DNA from: a virus
Length of the DNA stretch: 64,000 nt
IMG/VR virus record: IMGVR_UViG_3300030419_005383
Span: 1-64,000 of that record
Direction: 5' to 3' (one strand)
This document shows positions 25,436-34,531 of this stretch, in pieces. Below the pieces are notes generated by a model, which saw only the letters and a list, made by a program, of their open reading frames with translations, made no database searches and had not been told where the DNA came from. The first letter of the stretch is position 1; the number at the start of each line of letters is the position of its first letter. Both the position numbers and the translations under genes were made by a program.

Positions 25436-26293
25436 ATGACTCAACTTCAACAACAAAATCAAAGCCAGCTTGCTGTCCTTCAGGACTACCTGATTGATCG
25501 CAAACACGTCCTACAGGAGCTTGCGCCAGACGGCGTAAACGTAGACAAGATCATCAAGGTTGCCATCTTTGAGGCTGCTAAGAACGAACAGCTTCGGTCC
25601 TGCACACCACAGTCCATGTTTATGGCCATTGGCAAGGCCTGTGAGCTTGGCTTGGCTGCTGGAGGGGTTCTGCATAGGGCAAGCCTCGTGCCCATCTACA
25701 GCAAGAAGAAGCGGGCCATGGAGGCGGACCTCTGGGTCGAATACACCGGGCTGATGGACTTGGTTCGTCGTTCTGGCGAAATCGCTTCTTTTGTCGCCCG
25801 TGTGGTTCATGAGAACGAAGAGTTCGAACACTACTTTGATGCTGCTCAAGGTGAAGTGCTTCGTCACCGGCCATGCTACGACTCTGACCCAGGTGGACTT
25901 CGGCTGGCTTATGCCGTCGCTTTCTACAAAGATGGCCGTCGTCAGATTGAGGTCATGCGGCGTGACCAGATCCTCAAGATTCGTGACGGCTCACGCTACA
26001 ACGGGAATGGTCCGTGGAAAACTCACGAAGAAGAAATGTGGCGCAAAACCGTAATTCGCCGCATTTGCAAATACCTTCCCCTTACACCACAGGCTACAGC
26101 CGTTATCAACGACGATATCAACACTGAATTTTCCGGCAACATGGACCTGATGGACAACCTGTCAGTCGCAGCCACCGAAACCATTGATGTTGATTCCGAT
26201 ATTATCGATGAACCGGCTGAGACGATTGCTCAAGAAGCAGTCAAAAAGGCCAAAACAAAAACAGCTAAAAAAACTACTGAGGATGTGAACTGA
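25436..26293 (+). CDS. recT: RecT-family ssDNA-annealing recombinase
   Basis: LRSCTPQS, YTGLMDLVRRSG, AYAVA, GPWKTHEEEMWRKTVIRRICKYLP. Confidence 0.92.
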   Translation: MTQLQQQNQSQLAVLQDYLIDRKHVLQELAPDGVNVDKIIKVAIFEAAKNEQLRSCTPQSMFMAIGKACELGLAAGGVLHRASLVPIYSKKKRAMEADLWVEYTGLMDLVRRSGEIASFVARVVHENEEFEHYFDAAQGEVLRHRPCYDSDPGGLRLAYAVAFYKDGRRQIEVMRRDQILKIRDGSRYNGNGPWKTHEEEMWRKTVIRRICKYLPLTPQATAVINDDINTEFSGNMDLMDNLSVAATETIDVDSDIIDEPAETIAQEAVKKAKTKTAKKTTEDVN

Positions 26294-26925
26294 TGTCTCT
26301 AATTGCAAAGCTTGAGGCTGAGCGGGCCAATAAATCGCGCGGCGAAATTGATGAATCCGAAAAGGAATCTAAAATCTTGCAGCCAGCCACGTTGATGCGA
26401 ATCCTCAATGAATCGCTGGACGCAAAGTGTGTCAACAAGAAAACGGCCAAGGCCTGGTCCTCATATCGGCACAGGGTGCAAGACGTTGGGTGGCCATTGG
26501 AGAACCTGCTTGGCTCCGTGACTCCTGAGATCTGGAGCAACATTTGTGAAGGTGCCATTGCCGGAATGCTGAAGACCATTCGTCACAGCCAGTCGAACGG
26601 CGATTGGCAGATTACAGAATATGAAGCAGACATTAGGCGTGATAGGGATGGCCGCGAGCGGGTGATGGTGGCGGTTAAATGGGTTGACGCCAAAAACCAA
26701 AACGACCTGACTTATCAAAACGGAATCCCCAGCAATCTAAACGTGAACATTAAGCAAGCCGCAATACCTGATGAAGTCATCAATGCAATCACCAACCGCG
26801 GCAACAGCAGCAACGATGATGAGTTGAAGGAGCTGCTTAAGGGCTTGGTTTCAGAAATGGCCCAGGCCAGGAAAAGCAACGAAGAAAAACCTGCACCAGA
26901 AGAGGGCGTTCACCTTGCCGAATGA
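26293..26925 (+). CDS. hypothetical protein
   Basis: TGATG coupling, 210 aa. Confidence 0.75.
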   Translation: MSLIAKLEAERANKSRGEIDESEKESKILQPATLMRILNESLDAKCVNKKTAKAWSSYRHRVQDVGWPLENLLGSVTPEIWSNICEGAIAGMLKTIRHSQSNGDWQITEYEADIRRDRDGRERVMVAVKWVDAKNQNDLTYQNGIPSNLNVNIKQAAIPDEVINAITNRGNSSNDDELKELLKGLVSEMAQARKSNEEKPAPEEGVHLAE

Positions 26926-27163
26926 TGTAAATGTCCCGAAAGGTTTTGATGCTTGGAATGTTGAGATTCTACAGAAGGCTGTTTTTGAGCCTGGAAAGTG
27001 GACAAGTCGAACATTGAGCGAACACTACCAAGTGCCTTGGCCGACTATGAAAAATCGAGTCGGTCATCTTCGAGCCGTCGGCTACATCAAACGAAAGGTG
27101 CATGCGATTATTGCAACAGATGATGGCCGAGTGGCGTACCACAAGCGGATGAACATGATTTGA
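26915..27163 (+). CDS. winged-helix protein
   Basis: TSRTLSEHYQVPWPTMKNRVGHLRAVGYI...ATDDG. Confidence 0.6.
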   Translation: MPNDVNVPKGFDAWNVEILQKAVFEPGKWTSRTLSEHYQVPWPTMKNRVGHLRAVGYIKRKVHAIIATDDGRVAYHKRMNMI

Positions 27164-27336
27164 GACAGTGTGAACAAGACCAGTGCCTACAAAGAGCCGT
27201 GGTATTGACTGACACAATCCATAATCAACCAATGTGGTTGTGTGGCCAGTGTGCAATCAAGGCGCTTCGGGCATTGGCCGACAACGAGGAAATAGATGGC
27301 GCGGTGCGGACGATGCGGACTCTTCCAAGAGGATGA
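27160..27336 (+). CDS. small Zn-finger protein; absent from the ORF track
   Basis: TTG start overlapping TGA; MRQCEQDQC...WLCGQCAIKAL (58 aa). Confidence 0.45.
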   Translation: MRQCEQDQCLQRAVVLTDTIHNQPMWLCGQCAIKALRALADNEEIDGAVRTMRTLPRG

Positions 27337-27583
27337 CCAGATGGGTGCCGAGATTGGCGGCACATGTCTTTGGTTCCTGATGGAAGTTCCGGTTGATGCT
27401 GTGTGGGATGAGCGAGAATGTGAAAAATTCCACAAGCGCGTCTCCTCGTGGGAGCCCATCGACCACTGGCGCTTCATGCGAGAAAGAGACGGTATGCGTG
27501 ATGCCTACAAGGGGGTTCAGCGAGCAATCTTCTTCTCTCTCGTTTCTGTTCTGTTCAGTCTTGCCTCCTATATGAGTAAATAA
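27296..27583 (+). CDS. Cys-rich protein with C-terminal TM segment
   Basis: CGRC...C...C; AIFFSLVSVLFSLASY. Confidence 0.6.
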   Translation: MARCGRCGLFQEDDQMGAEIGGTCLWFLMEVPVDAVWDERECEKFHKRVSSWEPIDHWRFMRERDGMRDAYKGVQRAIFFSLVSVLFSLASYMSK

Positions 27584-27670
27584 GACCCTCCCCCTTGGCT
27601 CAATCATGCCCTGAAATTGCGGACAGCCAGGGTTCCCACCGGTTGGGCTAAGGGGGACACCATAATCAAA

Positions 27671-27871
27671 ATGCCAATTTACGACTTTAAATGCACCAAT
27701 TGCGAGACAAAAGTAGAGCGGATGCAGCGGTATGACGATGATCCGCCGATCTGCAAGAAGTGCTGTGGATCAATGTCTCGCATGATTTCAGTGACCAACT
27801 TCTCTCTTAAAGGAGCAGGCTGGTACAAAGATCACTACGGGCTCAAGCCCACTAAAAACAATCAATCGTAA
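27671..27871 (+). CDS. FmdB-family zinc-ribbon protein
   Basis: MPIYDFKCTNC...CKKC...FSLKGAGWYKDHY. Confidence 0.85.
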   Translation: MPIYDFKCTNCETKVERMQRYDDDPPICKKCCGSMSRMISVTNFSLKGAGWYKDHYGLKPTKNNQS

Positions 27872-28227
27872 ACGACTTTGACAATAACAGCAGTGGACAG
27901 AGCAGTGGTGCCACCTTCACCTGGCGTCGTGACGCATGCCATCTTGATTGCCGTACCAAAAGCAATGCCCTCAGAGAACTGATATGCAACCTTTTTGCCA
28001 GCAGGAGCAAATAAAGTCATGTCGTTCGAAGTGGTCCCAGGGGTCGGGCTGGCATGGTCGTAAAACTTAACGTATGCATCTTCTGAACTGGCCGCAGTGT
28101 TGTCAATCTCTACACACTGAAGGGTTCCAGACGATCCCTTAAAAGTCACGGCAGTAGCGTTGGCGCTTGTGTCTTTACCGAACGAGGCGCCAAGCCGGGT
28201 GGTTAATGTCAGTGTCGTAAGAGCCAT
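27862..28227 (-). CDS. virion-associated beta-sandwich protein (paralog of 28241..28615)
   Basis: T/A/G-rich; YVKFYD...GIAFGTAIKMAC. Confidence 0.7.
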   Translation of the reverse strand: MALTTLTLTTRLGASFGKDTSANATAVTFKGSSGTLQCVEIDNTAASSEDAYVKFYDHASPTPGTTSNDMTLFAPAGKKVAYQFSEGIAFGTAIKMACVTTPGEGGTTALSTAVIVKVVYD

Positions 28228-28240
28228 GTTGGTTCCGGTA

Positions 28241-28615
28241 TCAGGTTGAAATCAACGTAACAGAACAAGTCGAACCACCAGAGACCGCAGAGCCGACACC
28301 TGTTCCGCCAGCGTCACCGCACGCCCAAGAAACGCCATTCGAGAAAGCGATTGGATCACTGATCGTTACAACCTGACGTTGCCCGTTCGTAATTGGAAAA
28401 CAAATATGAGATGCGGTCGATGCTGCTGTTGGAGCGGCGTCATTCCAAATATGCAGGAAAATTTTAGTCGAGGCGCCACCATTATGGGTCACATCAATGC
28501 AAGAGATCTTGGCAGCGCCGCCAACAATGTTGTTGTCTGCCGTTGTTCCTACTGCTGTTTGCTTCACCCGTTGATTTTTAAATTTAGCGAACGGAACTGT
28601 TGCAGTGAAAGCCAT
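28241..28615 (-). CDS. virion-associated beta-sandwich protein
   Basis: FLHIWN...PIAFSNGVSWAC. Confidence 0.7.
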   Translation of the reverse strand: MAFTATVPFAKFKNQRVKQTAVGTTADNNIVGGAAKISCIDVTHNGGASTKIFLHIWNDAAPTAASTASHICFPITNGQRQVVTISDPIAFSNGVSWACGDAGGTGVGSAVSGGSTCSVTLIST

Positions 28616-28639
28616 GATCAATCTCCGGTTGTATCGATT

Positions 28640-28861
28640 CTACTTGGTCTCAGGAGTTGCTTCAACTTTCTTGATCGGTTCGGACACGACAACTGCTGCC
28701 GTGTCTTCCACCGACTTCATCTCTTCGACCCGTGCCAGGATCTCAGAGAGCTTTTCGTTCATCTCCAGGGCCTGTTCCACAACTGTTTCTGTCTGAACTT
28801 GTGCCGGTTCAGGTGCCGGCTCATCAGCGAAAGCCAAAGTAACAAGAACAACAAGTTTCAT
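28640..28861 (-). CDS. small exported acidic protein
   Basis: MKLVVLVTLAFA|DE signal-peptide-like. Confidence 0.6.
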   Translation of the reverse strand: MKLVVLVTLAFADEPAPEPAQVQTETVVEQALEMNEKLSEILARVEEMKSVEDTAAVVVSEPIKKVEATPETK

Positions 28862-28869
28862 GATGACCT

Positions 28870-29067
28870 CTATTGTGGTGTGCGCGGGGCAATGTTGTCG
28901 AGTATCTCCAGAATAGCACTGGTCTGCGTATTGGCCTGTTCCATCTGGATTCGGATCTGTGCCAATTCGACTTTGACCTCAACCACAAACGTGGCAAGAC
29001 CAATCAAAGCCGCAGTCAACAGTCCCGTTAGCACTTTGTGGATTGCTTCCCAGGTGTTTCCGTTCAT
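28870..29067 (-). CDS. small membrane protein (TM plus coiled coil)
   Basis: VLTGLLTAALIGLATFVV. Confidence 0.65.
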   Translation of the reverse strand: MNGNTWEAIHKVLTGLLTAALIGLATFVVEVKVELAQIRIQMEQANTQTSAILEILDNIAPRTPQ

Positions 29068-29456
29068 TTCCCACTCCCCTTTTGTTGTCGGGCTAACTCT
29101 TTCATCTTCGCTTCCTGGTAGTGGGATCTCATTTCACCAAGACCTGTTTCCATCATTTGATGTAGCTCAGATAATCTTGTAAGCACTGATTCTCTCACGT
29201 CTTCATTCCGATCTTGGTATTCGCGCACTACGCTGTCGTACCGCTCCCTCAACGATTCTTCACGAGCCTCGTATTTCGCGGCCAATTCAGACAGCTTTTC
29301 CTCGAATCGGGTTTGCATTGCATCAGAACGCTCTGATGATGCCTTTTGTTCTTCATGCTGCCGTTTGGTCATTGAGAGATGCTGCCAGACCATAAAAGCA
29401 GCAAATAATCCAAGCGCCCCATAATCTAATAGCGTGTTCAGTAGTGCATCAGTCAT
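29064..29456 (-). CDS. holin-like membrane protein (N-terminal TM plus coiled coil)
   Basis: LLDYGALGLFAAFMVW followed by a long coiled coil. Confidence 0.6.
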   Translation of the reverse strand: MTDALLNTLLDYGALGLFAAFMVWQHLSMTKRQHEEQKASSERSDAMQTRFEEKLSELAAKYEAREESLRERYDSVVREYQDRNEDVRESVLTRLSELHQMMETGLGEMRSHYQEAKMKELARQQKGSGK

Positions 29457-29869
29457 TGTTGCCCCCCGGCCACTTGAGCAAGCGCCCACCCAGTTCCAAT
29501 ACAGACTACTACCCCACCGACAAGGCCCATGGCAACGTGAACACCGGGGCGTTGCACAATTGGTTCAGCCCGCTCAGCATCCAACATTTGTTGTAGCTGC
29601 GCCGACTTCCACTCAGCCATTTCTACGGACAATTCGAGTTCAGCAGTATCAATGCGGTATCTCGCTTCCAGATGTTCCGCCCACTTCTCAGTGGCGTACA
29701 AATCCGCAGCGACGGACAAAGGAAGCGCCACAGCAGCGCAATCAGTAGCGTCGCGTAACCCTGGGGTCACACTGAAAGCCTCTGGACACTCCCCAGGGAC
29801 AGGTTGCGGTGGTTCTGGCCTTGCCGGAGGCTCGATGGCAAGAGCCGTACTGAACAGCAACCAAATCAT
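29453..29869 (-). CDS. envelope protein, spanin-like position
   Basis: Signal peptide, Pro-rich linker, coiled coil, C-terminal TM. Confidence 0.6.
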   Translation of the reverse strand: MIWLLFSTALAIEPPARPEPPQPVPGECPEAFSVTPGLRDATDCAAVALPLSVAADLYATEKWAEHLEARYRIDTAELELSVEMAEWKSAQLQQMLDAERAEPIVQRPGVHVAMGLVGGVVVCIGTGWALAQVAGGQQ

Positions 29870-30144
29870 TATCGTTTCCGCTTATTGATCATGTCGGCGA
29901 GCGCATCGGCATCGCCGCTTTCGATCACTTCACGAACCTCTTCTTGCTCAGCTTCAGCCTGGCGATCAATCTCAACACGCGCCACTGCAATCGCTTCATC
30001 TGGTGCAGGGGGTGGGTCAATCGACGTTTGCGTTGGCTTCTCTAACCCACGCAGAAACCACATCTTAGCAATGATACCTGCCAGACCGGCGCCGAGAACG
30101 CCGATCAGGACGGTAAATATATGCGTTGAGATGTCTTCGATCAT
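29869..30144 (-). CDS. i-spanin-like membrane protein
   Basis: N-terminal TM plus helical domain, downstream of the endolysin. Confidence 0.5.
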   Translation of the reverse strand: MIEDISTHIFTVLIGVLGAGLAGIIAKMWFLRGLEKPTQTSIDPPPAPDEAIAVARVEIDRQAEAEQEEVREVIESGDADALADMINKRKR

Positions 30145-30383
30145 TCGTCCGTGGCTTTGAGCACCAGATCGACAATCACATCAATGATGATGCCGAGAAT
30201 CAAACTCTCTTGGCGCTCGCTGAGGAACGGAATGTCGAGCTTGGCGTTCACCGTATCGACAACCCATTCACGTTTTTCGGCTCCTGAGCCGGCTTCAGGA
30301 AACAGAACCTCAGCCATTTGGATGGCTCTGGTCAGGACCTTGCCGAGATCAGATGGACTCACGCGACGCTTCTTTCTACCCAT
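30141..30383 (-). CDS. lysis-cassette small protein (holin-like)
   Basis: AEVLFPEAGSGAEKREWV...LDIPFL. Confidence 0.55.
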   Translation of the reverse strand: MGRKKRRVSPSDLGKVLTRAIQMAEVLFPEAGSGAEKREWVVDTVNAKLDIPFLSERQESLILGIIIDVIVDLVLKATDE

Positions 30384-30386
30384 GGT

Positions 30387-31226
30387 TTACCCCTTGAGTT
30401 TTTTGTACACAGCCCAGCAGACGAAGGTAGACCACATTCCGTCTTCGACCAAGCCGTTATCTTGTTGGAACTTTTCAAGTGCAGCCTGCGATAGGCGCCC
30501 CCAGTCGCCGTCAGCTCCGTAGCTGCCCAGGTCGTAACCAAGCGCCATCAGCACCCGCTGACGCTGCTCAGCCGAGCGGAATGGTGTCCACACGTCTGGA
30601 ATGCCTGGGTCGTCGTAGATGCCTCTCAGGACCTCCGCAAACGGGAACCCGATGACATCGAGCTTCCTGGCGGGGCAGATGTCGTGATGACCATGATGGT
30701 GCTCAGGACGGATGTGCGGGAACCGTTCAATGATTTCCTGGCCGACGCCGATCATCATTGTGATCTGCTCATCAGTCCACGGCTGAATTTCCATTTCGCT
30801 ACGACCGCGATGGTCCAGCACCTTAATCCAATCGTGAGCAGCAGGTACACCCTTACGTGCGTAGCCGATGTTCACGGTTTCAATCCCGATGGTCGTGCGG
30901 GCGCCACTCCAAGACGAGCTACTGCGCTTGCCGTCAAACCGGAGGGTTTGGCCCTTACCTGCATGCCAGGAACGATTCTCAAGCGTCACGTAGCGATGCA
31001 CACCCTCTTTGTACGAGCGACCCACGCCATAGTGCGCAGATGCCGAACCCTTACGCAGGGCGTTGGCGCCACCCAGAATACGTGTGCAGGTCTTCAGGTC
31101 CCAGGTTGCCGTCCAGTGCCAGGTCACACCGTGAGGTTTCCCGCCAGTGGCGTTTGGCCAACCAGCCGAGACAGCGTGACCCCGCTTGACCGGAATCAGG
31201 TACTCATCGCTGATCTCGAATGCCAT
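30387..31226 (-). CDS. endolysin: N-acetylmuramoyl-L-alanine amidase (Amidase_2) plus peptidoglycan-binding domain
   Basis: HWTA, ASAHY, SWHAG, IGIETVN, GHHD..P.RKLD; C-terminal QRVLMALGY...DGDWG...FQQDNGLVEDG. Confidence 0.92.
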   Translation of the reverse strand: MAFEISDEYLIPVKRGHAVSAGWPNATGGKPHGVTWHWTATWDLKTCTRILGGANALRKGSASAHYGVGRSYKEGVHRYVTLENRSWHAGKGQTLRFDGKRSSSSWSGARTTIGIETVNIGYARKGVPAAHDWIKVLDHRGRSEMEIQPWTDEQITMMIGVGQEIIERFPHIRPEHHHGHHDICPARKLDVIGFPFAEVLRGIYDDPGIPDVWTPFRSAEQRQRVLMALGYDLGSYGADGDWGRLSQAALEKFQQDNGLVEDGMWSTFVCWAVYKKLKG

Positions 31227-31414
31227 CAGGACTTCCAGGCCGAGACAGCCTTCTGTGCGGCATCAGAACCCACGTAAACCGTGCAGATCAGGATGTAGTC
31301 TTCACCTGTGATGACACCAAACGGCACCATTGCGGTGCAGGTCAACCAACACAAGAGTCGTCGATATGACAGTCTCTGACTGCCGAATGCGGCATCTATC
31401 CACTTGGCAAGCAT
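31226..31414 (-). CDS. putative holin (small 2-TM protein)
   Basis: Two hydrophobic segments, directly upstream of the endolysin. Confidence 0.5.
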   Translation of the reverse strand: MLAKWIDAAFGSQRLSYRRLLCWLTCTAMVPFGVITGEDYILICTVYVGSDAAQKAVSAWKS

Positions 31415-31415
31415 C

Positions 31416-31625
31416 TTAGCCTCCGTTGGCAATGTCTACAATTTGCTGGACGGTCAGTTGTTCAATGACAGTACCTGAGCCTGGGTAATGCACGCATGAC
31501 AAGTCTGGAGCCAAAACGCACAAGTCCGCATCATCTTCAGATTTGAATGCGTTGACTGTTTCACCATTCTCTGTGTAACGAACAATCGTCCGAGCTAAAA
31601 ATTCTTGGGCTTCTTCTTGTGTCAT
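31416..31625 (-). CDS. hypothetical protein
   Basis: ATGA coupling, MTQEEAQEFL. Confidence 0.55.
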   Translation of the reverse strand: MTQEEAQEFLARTIVRYTENGETVNAFKSEDDADLCVLAPDLSCVHYPGSGTVIEQLTVQQIVDIANGG

Positions 31626-32404
31626 GGGAACCACGTAGGCTGACGCCCCGAAAACGCGACGTGAAGTTTGAACGATATACTTTCTGTTCCCGCTGTACTT
31701 CCGCTTCGACCCAAAGCCAAAAAGAACGCAGGGGAAGAGTTCGTAAGCGACTGAGAAGTTGATGTTGCTCGCTTGGTATACTTCCAGGTCAATCCTGCTG
31801 CGGTTGTATTTGTCATTGCGTTGGCATGGCAACTTGACAGAATTTGTCCAGGCAGGACTTGGATCACACCTAAAACCCCGACAACACCGGCCTGTGCACC
31901 ACTGTCGCTACCCGTTCCATCACGGCCGATACCAACCCGTACCTCTGGGTTGTCTTCATTCGATCCATCATAGTGAAGCCCGCTTAAAGCGAATGAAGAA
32001 TCAGGCAGTCCTGCGGCATTTCCACAAACACCGCATGTGATGACAAGGTTGGAGTTACCTAATCCGCTATTGTCGGTAATCTCAAGGGCGGTCCACAATG
32101 TGTTGATATCACCGCATACCCAGCCATCGAAACCAAGTGCCGGGGTGAGATCCCAGCCATACAACACACCTTCGCCGGGCTTATTACACGCGGTTCCACC
32201 TTGTACATGTACAGTCCAAACACCTAAAGCGTCTTGACTTGCTCCACCTGCACCCGCATCCAATCGAGTTGTGACGCTGGTCTCAACATTCGACAACTTT
32301 GGTTGCCACCACTGCCCAGGCATACGAACTTTGTTGCCCATGATCGCGCTGCTACCATGTCGATTGACAATCGGCCCAGGAAGATTTGGTCGGCGACGGT
32401 TCAT
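31622..32404 (-). CDS. virion protein, paralog of 32401..33171
   Basis: Shared GLP..., VRVGI, AQAGV, TWKYTKR, ISFK. Confidence 0.75.
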   Translation of the reverse strand: MNRRRPNLPGPIVNRHGSSAIMGNKVRMPGQWWQPKLSNVETSVTTRLDAGAGGASQDALGVWTVHVQGGTACNKPGEGVLYGWDLTPALGFDGWVCGDINTLWTALEITDNSGLGNSNLVITCGVCGNAAGLPDSSFALSGLHYDGSNEDNPEVRVGIGRDGTGSDSGAQAGVVGVLGVIQVLPGQILSSCHANAMTNTTAAGLTWKYTKRATSTSQSLTNSSPAFFLALGRSGSTAGTESISFKLHVAFSGRQPTWFP

Positions 32405-33171
32405 AACGGAAACCAGATGTCAGGTTGGGCAGAAACCATGGCGTGGAATTTAAATGAAATCGTTTCAGCCGCAGTACCTGTTGCAATACGACCCACTGCT
32501 AAGAACAGGACTGGATCATCACCACTGTCCCAGACAATAGCCGTCGCAGAAGACCGTTTCGTATATTTCCACGTCGGAGTGTTGGCCTGACAGGAATGCG
32601 TCTGAGCGCTCATGATGCGTCGGTTTGGTCCAACTTCGATCATCCCAATGTAGCCAATGACACCCGCTTGGGCAGCAGAGCCCGAACCCTCACCACCTGT
32701 GTCATGAATCCCAACACGAACATCCACGTTTGCGTGTGTGCTGTGGTCCCAGTGGAGCCCCGTCATTGCAAGTGTTTCGCTTGGGAGTCCTGAACCTGTC
32801 TCAGTTAGGCCTGTTGCAACATAGAGTTCAGGTACATTTCCCGAACTGAATGTTGTACCTGTAACCTCAACGCACGACCAAAAAGTGAATGGTCGATTAG
32901 GACGCATTCCTTTTGCATCTGCGGTATTCGGAAGATCCCAGTAGTAACAGATGCCATCCCCAATATCAGACGTTGAACCAGTATTGACGGTAAACGTCCA
33001 TGTGGCCCCGGATTGGCTGACACTTCCCAGCCCTGTTGTGCCTTTTACGTTTGCATTCGCAAGTTGGGGCGCAAACCACTCCATCTCTCCTGGTACGTTC
33101 GGACGGTTGAGGTGCGAACGACCCCAACGATCAGAAATAAGCCCAGGAACAGTTGGATGGCGGTTAGGCAT
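32401..33171 (-). CDS. virion protein (putative tail/receptor-binding)
   Basis: G/T/S-rich beta protein in the late operon. Confidence 0.75.
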   Translation of the reverse strand: MPNRHPTVPGLISDRWGRSHLNRPNVPGEMEWFAPQLANANVKGTTGLGSVSQSGATWTFTVNTGSTSDIGDGICYYWDLPNTADAKGMRPNRPFTFWSCVEVTGTTFSSGNVPELYVATGLTETGSGLPSETLAMTGLHWDHSTHANVDVRVGIHDTGGEGSGSAAQAGVIGYIGMIEVGPNRRIMSAQTHSCQANTPTWKYTKRSSATAIVWDSGDDPVLFLAVGRIATGTAAETISFKFHAMVSAQPDIWFPL

Positions 33172-33527
33172 TAAGCAGTGATCCTGTTCGCATAGCCGAA
33201 GAGCAGGATAACGTCTGCCGTGCCCGCAAATGCTTCTATAACTTTAGAATTATTAAGAATCAGACCAGGAATAATCAAAGACAGACCTGATTCAGCAGGA
33301 ATGGTTTGCTCGATATTTCCCTCATCCGCAGTTGCCGTTCCCCACTCCAGGGTCAGCTTCACAGCAGAAGTGCTTGTATTGGTCGCATAGAGCCAAATTT
33401 CATCAATATCAGAAGTGCCGGAAACGGCAGTATGGACAGCAGTTGCACCAGCAGTGTCTGTTCCAGAGACCTGATGCGCCAACCCATTACCACAGCCGGT
33501 AAGTACAATTTTACTCATAGTTGCCAT
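33171..33527 (-). CDS. virion structural protein
   Basis: DEIWLYATN...LIIPGLIL...LFGYANRIT. Confidence 0.75.
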   Translation of the reverse strand: MATMSKIVLTGCGNGLAHQVSGTDTAGATAVHTAVSGTSDIDEIWLYATNTSTSAVKLTLEWGTATADEGNIEQTIPAESGLSLIIPGLILNNSKVIEAFAGTADVILLFGYANRITA

Positions 33528-34057
33528 TACGAAAACACCTGCATGTGAAGGATTGTGTTCATGTCATTAGCAGCAGCACCACCACCGCCAATGGATGAGT
33601 GGTCAGCAGACACGTCCATGAACTGAATAAGATACCAATTAGTTCCGTCAAACGTCCAGGTCGTTACATCACCGTTCGCGGTCGTGATGTCTGTCGAACC
33701 ACCCTTCAGGTTGGTGCCGGTTACATCGAAAACGACTGCGGCTGTGGAAATGACCGTGATGGTTTGACCAGCCACGCCGCCATCAAACATCGTCAGCGTC
33801 TGACCACTGGCGTGGGTCTTGAACAGGTTGCCAGTTGCTACAGATGGTGTCGTGTCGGATGAGCTAAACGTTACAAACGTCTCGCTGGGCCCAGAGAATG
33901 CAGCAGAGCCAGCGACATGGAGCGTACAGTCTGGGGTGGCTGTGCCAACGCCAAGACGGTCATTGGTCTCGTCAACAACAACTGTAGGGCTATCGACCTC
34001 AAGGTCGGTGAGGATCTGGGATCCTCCACTGCTGTTGAACGCACTGTAGAATCCCAT
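33527..34057 (-). CDS. tail fibre-like protein
   Basis: RLGVGTATPDCTLHVAG repeat motif; FDGTNWY. Confidence 0.7.
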   Translation of the reverse strand: MGFYSAFNSSGGSQILTDLEVDSPTVVVDETNDRLGVGTATPDCTLHVAGSAAFSGPSETFVTFSSSDTTPSVATGNLFKTHASGQTLTMFDGGVAGQTITVISTAAVVFDVTGTNLKGGSTDITTANGDVTTWTFDGTNWYLIQFMDVSADHSSIGGGGAAANDMNTILHMQVFS

Positions 34058-34066
34058 TTCTTCTCC

Positions 34067-34501
34067 CTATGCTCCACCACCACTGCGCTTGTCTGCCCAA
34101 TGAAGACGTGCGCTCGCAATTTCTGGATTTCCCGTTGCGTCATCAACGAGAACCCAAAGGTAGCACTTTCCTGCCGTTGTTTGAGCCGTTGGCGCAGTCA
34201 CCAAAGCATCAAGGGCAATGGACACATGCTTCAAGTTGCTTGTGCTTCCCGATTGCAGTTTCTGACCAGTCGCCTCACCCGTCATCGGGTGATCTTTACC
34301 ACTGTCCCATGTCAGGAAACATGAGACAGTCGTGGCGCTGTTTGCGTTGGTCAAAGACAGATCAACATGCGACAAGTAGCACGCCTGCGGCATCGCCCGT
34401 GAACGAGCATCAACCGCTGCATCCTCATGAAGCAAAAGCCCGTTCCCGTAAGACGCAGTGATTTCGGTTGTCGCGTTGTCGTTGCAAATAAATCCCTGCA
34501 T
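34067..34501 (-). CDS. virion structural protein
   Basis: AGGAGG RBS; beta-rich. Confidence 0.7.
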   Translation of the reverse strand: MQGFICNDNATTEITASYGNGLLLHEDAAVDARSRAMPQACYLSHVDLSLTNANSATTVSCFLTWDSGKDHPMTGEATGQKLQSGSTSNLKHVSIALDALVTAPTAQTTAGKCYLWVLVDDATGNPEIASARLHWADKRSGGGA

Positions 34502-34531
34502 TGGGACACCTCCTGCGTCAGGGATTCAGAA

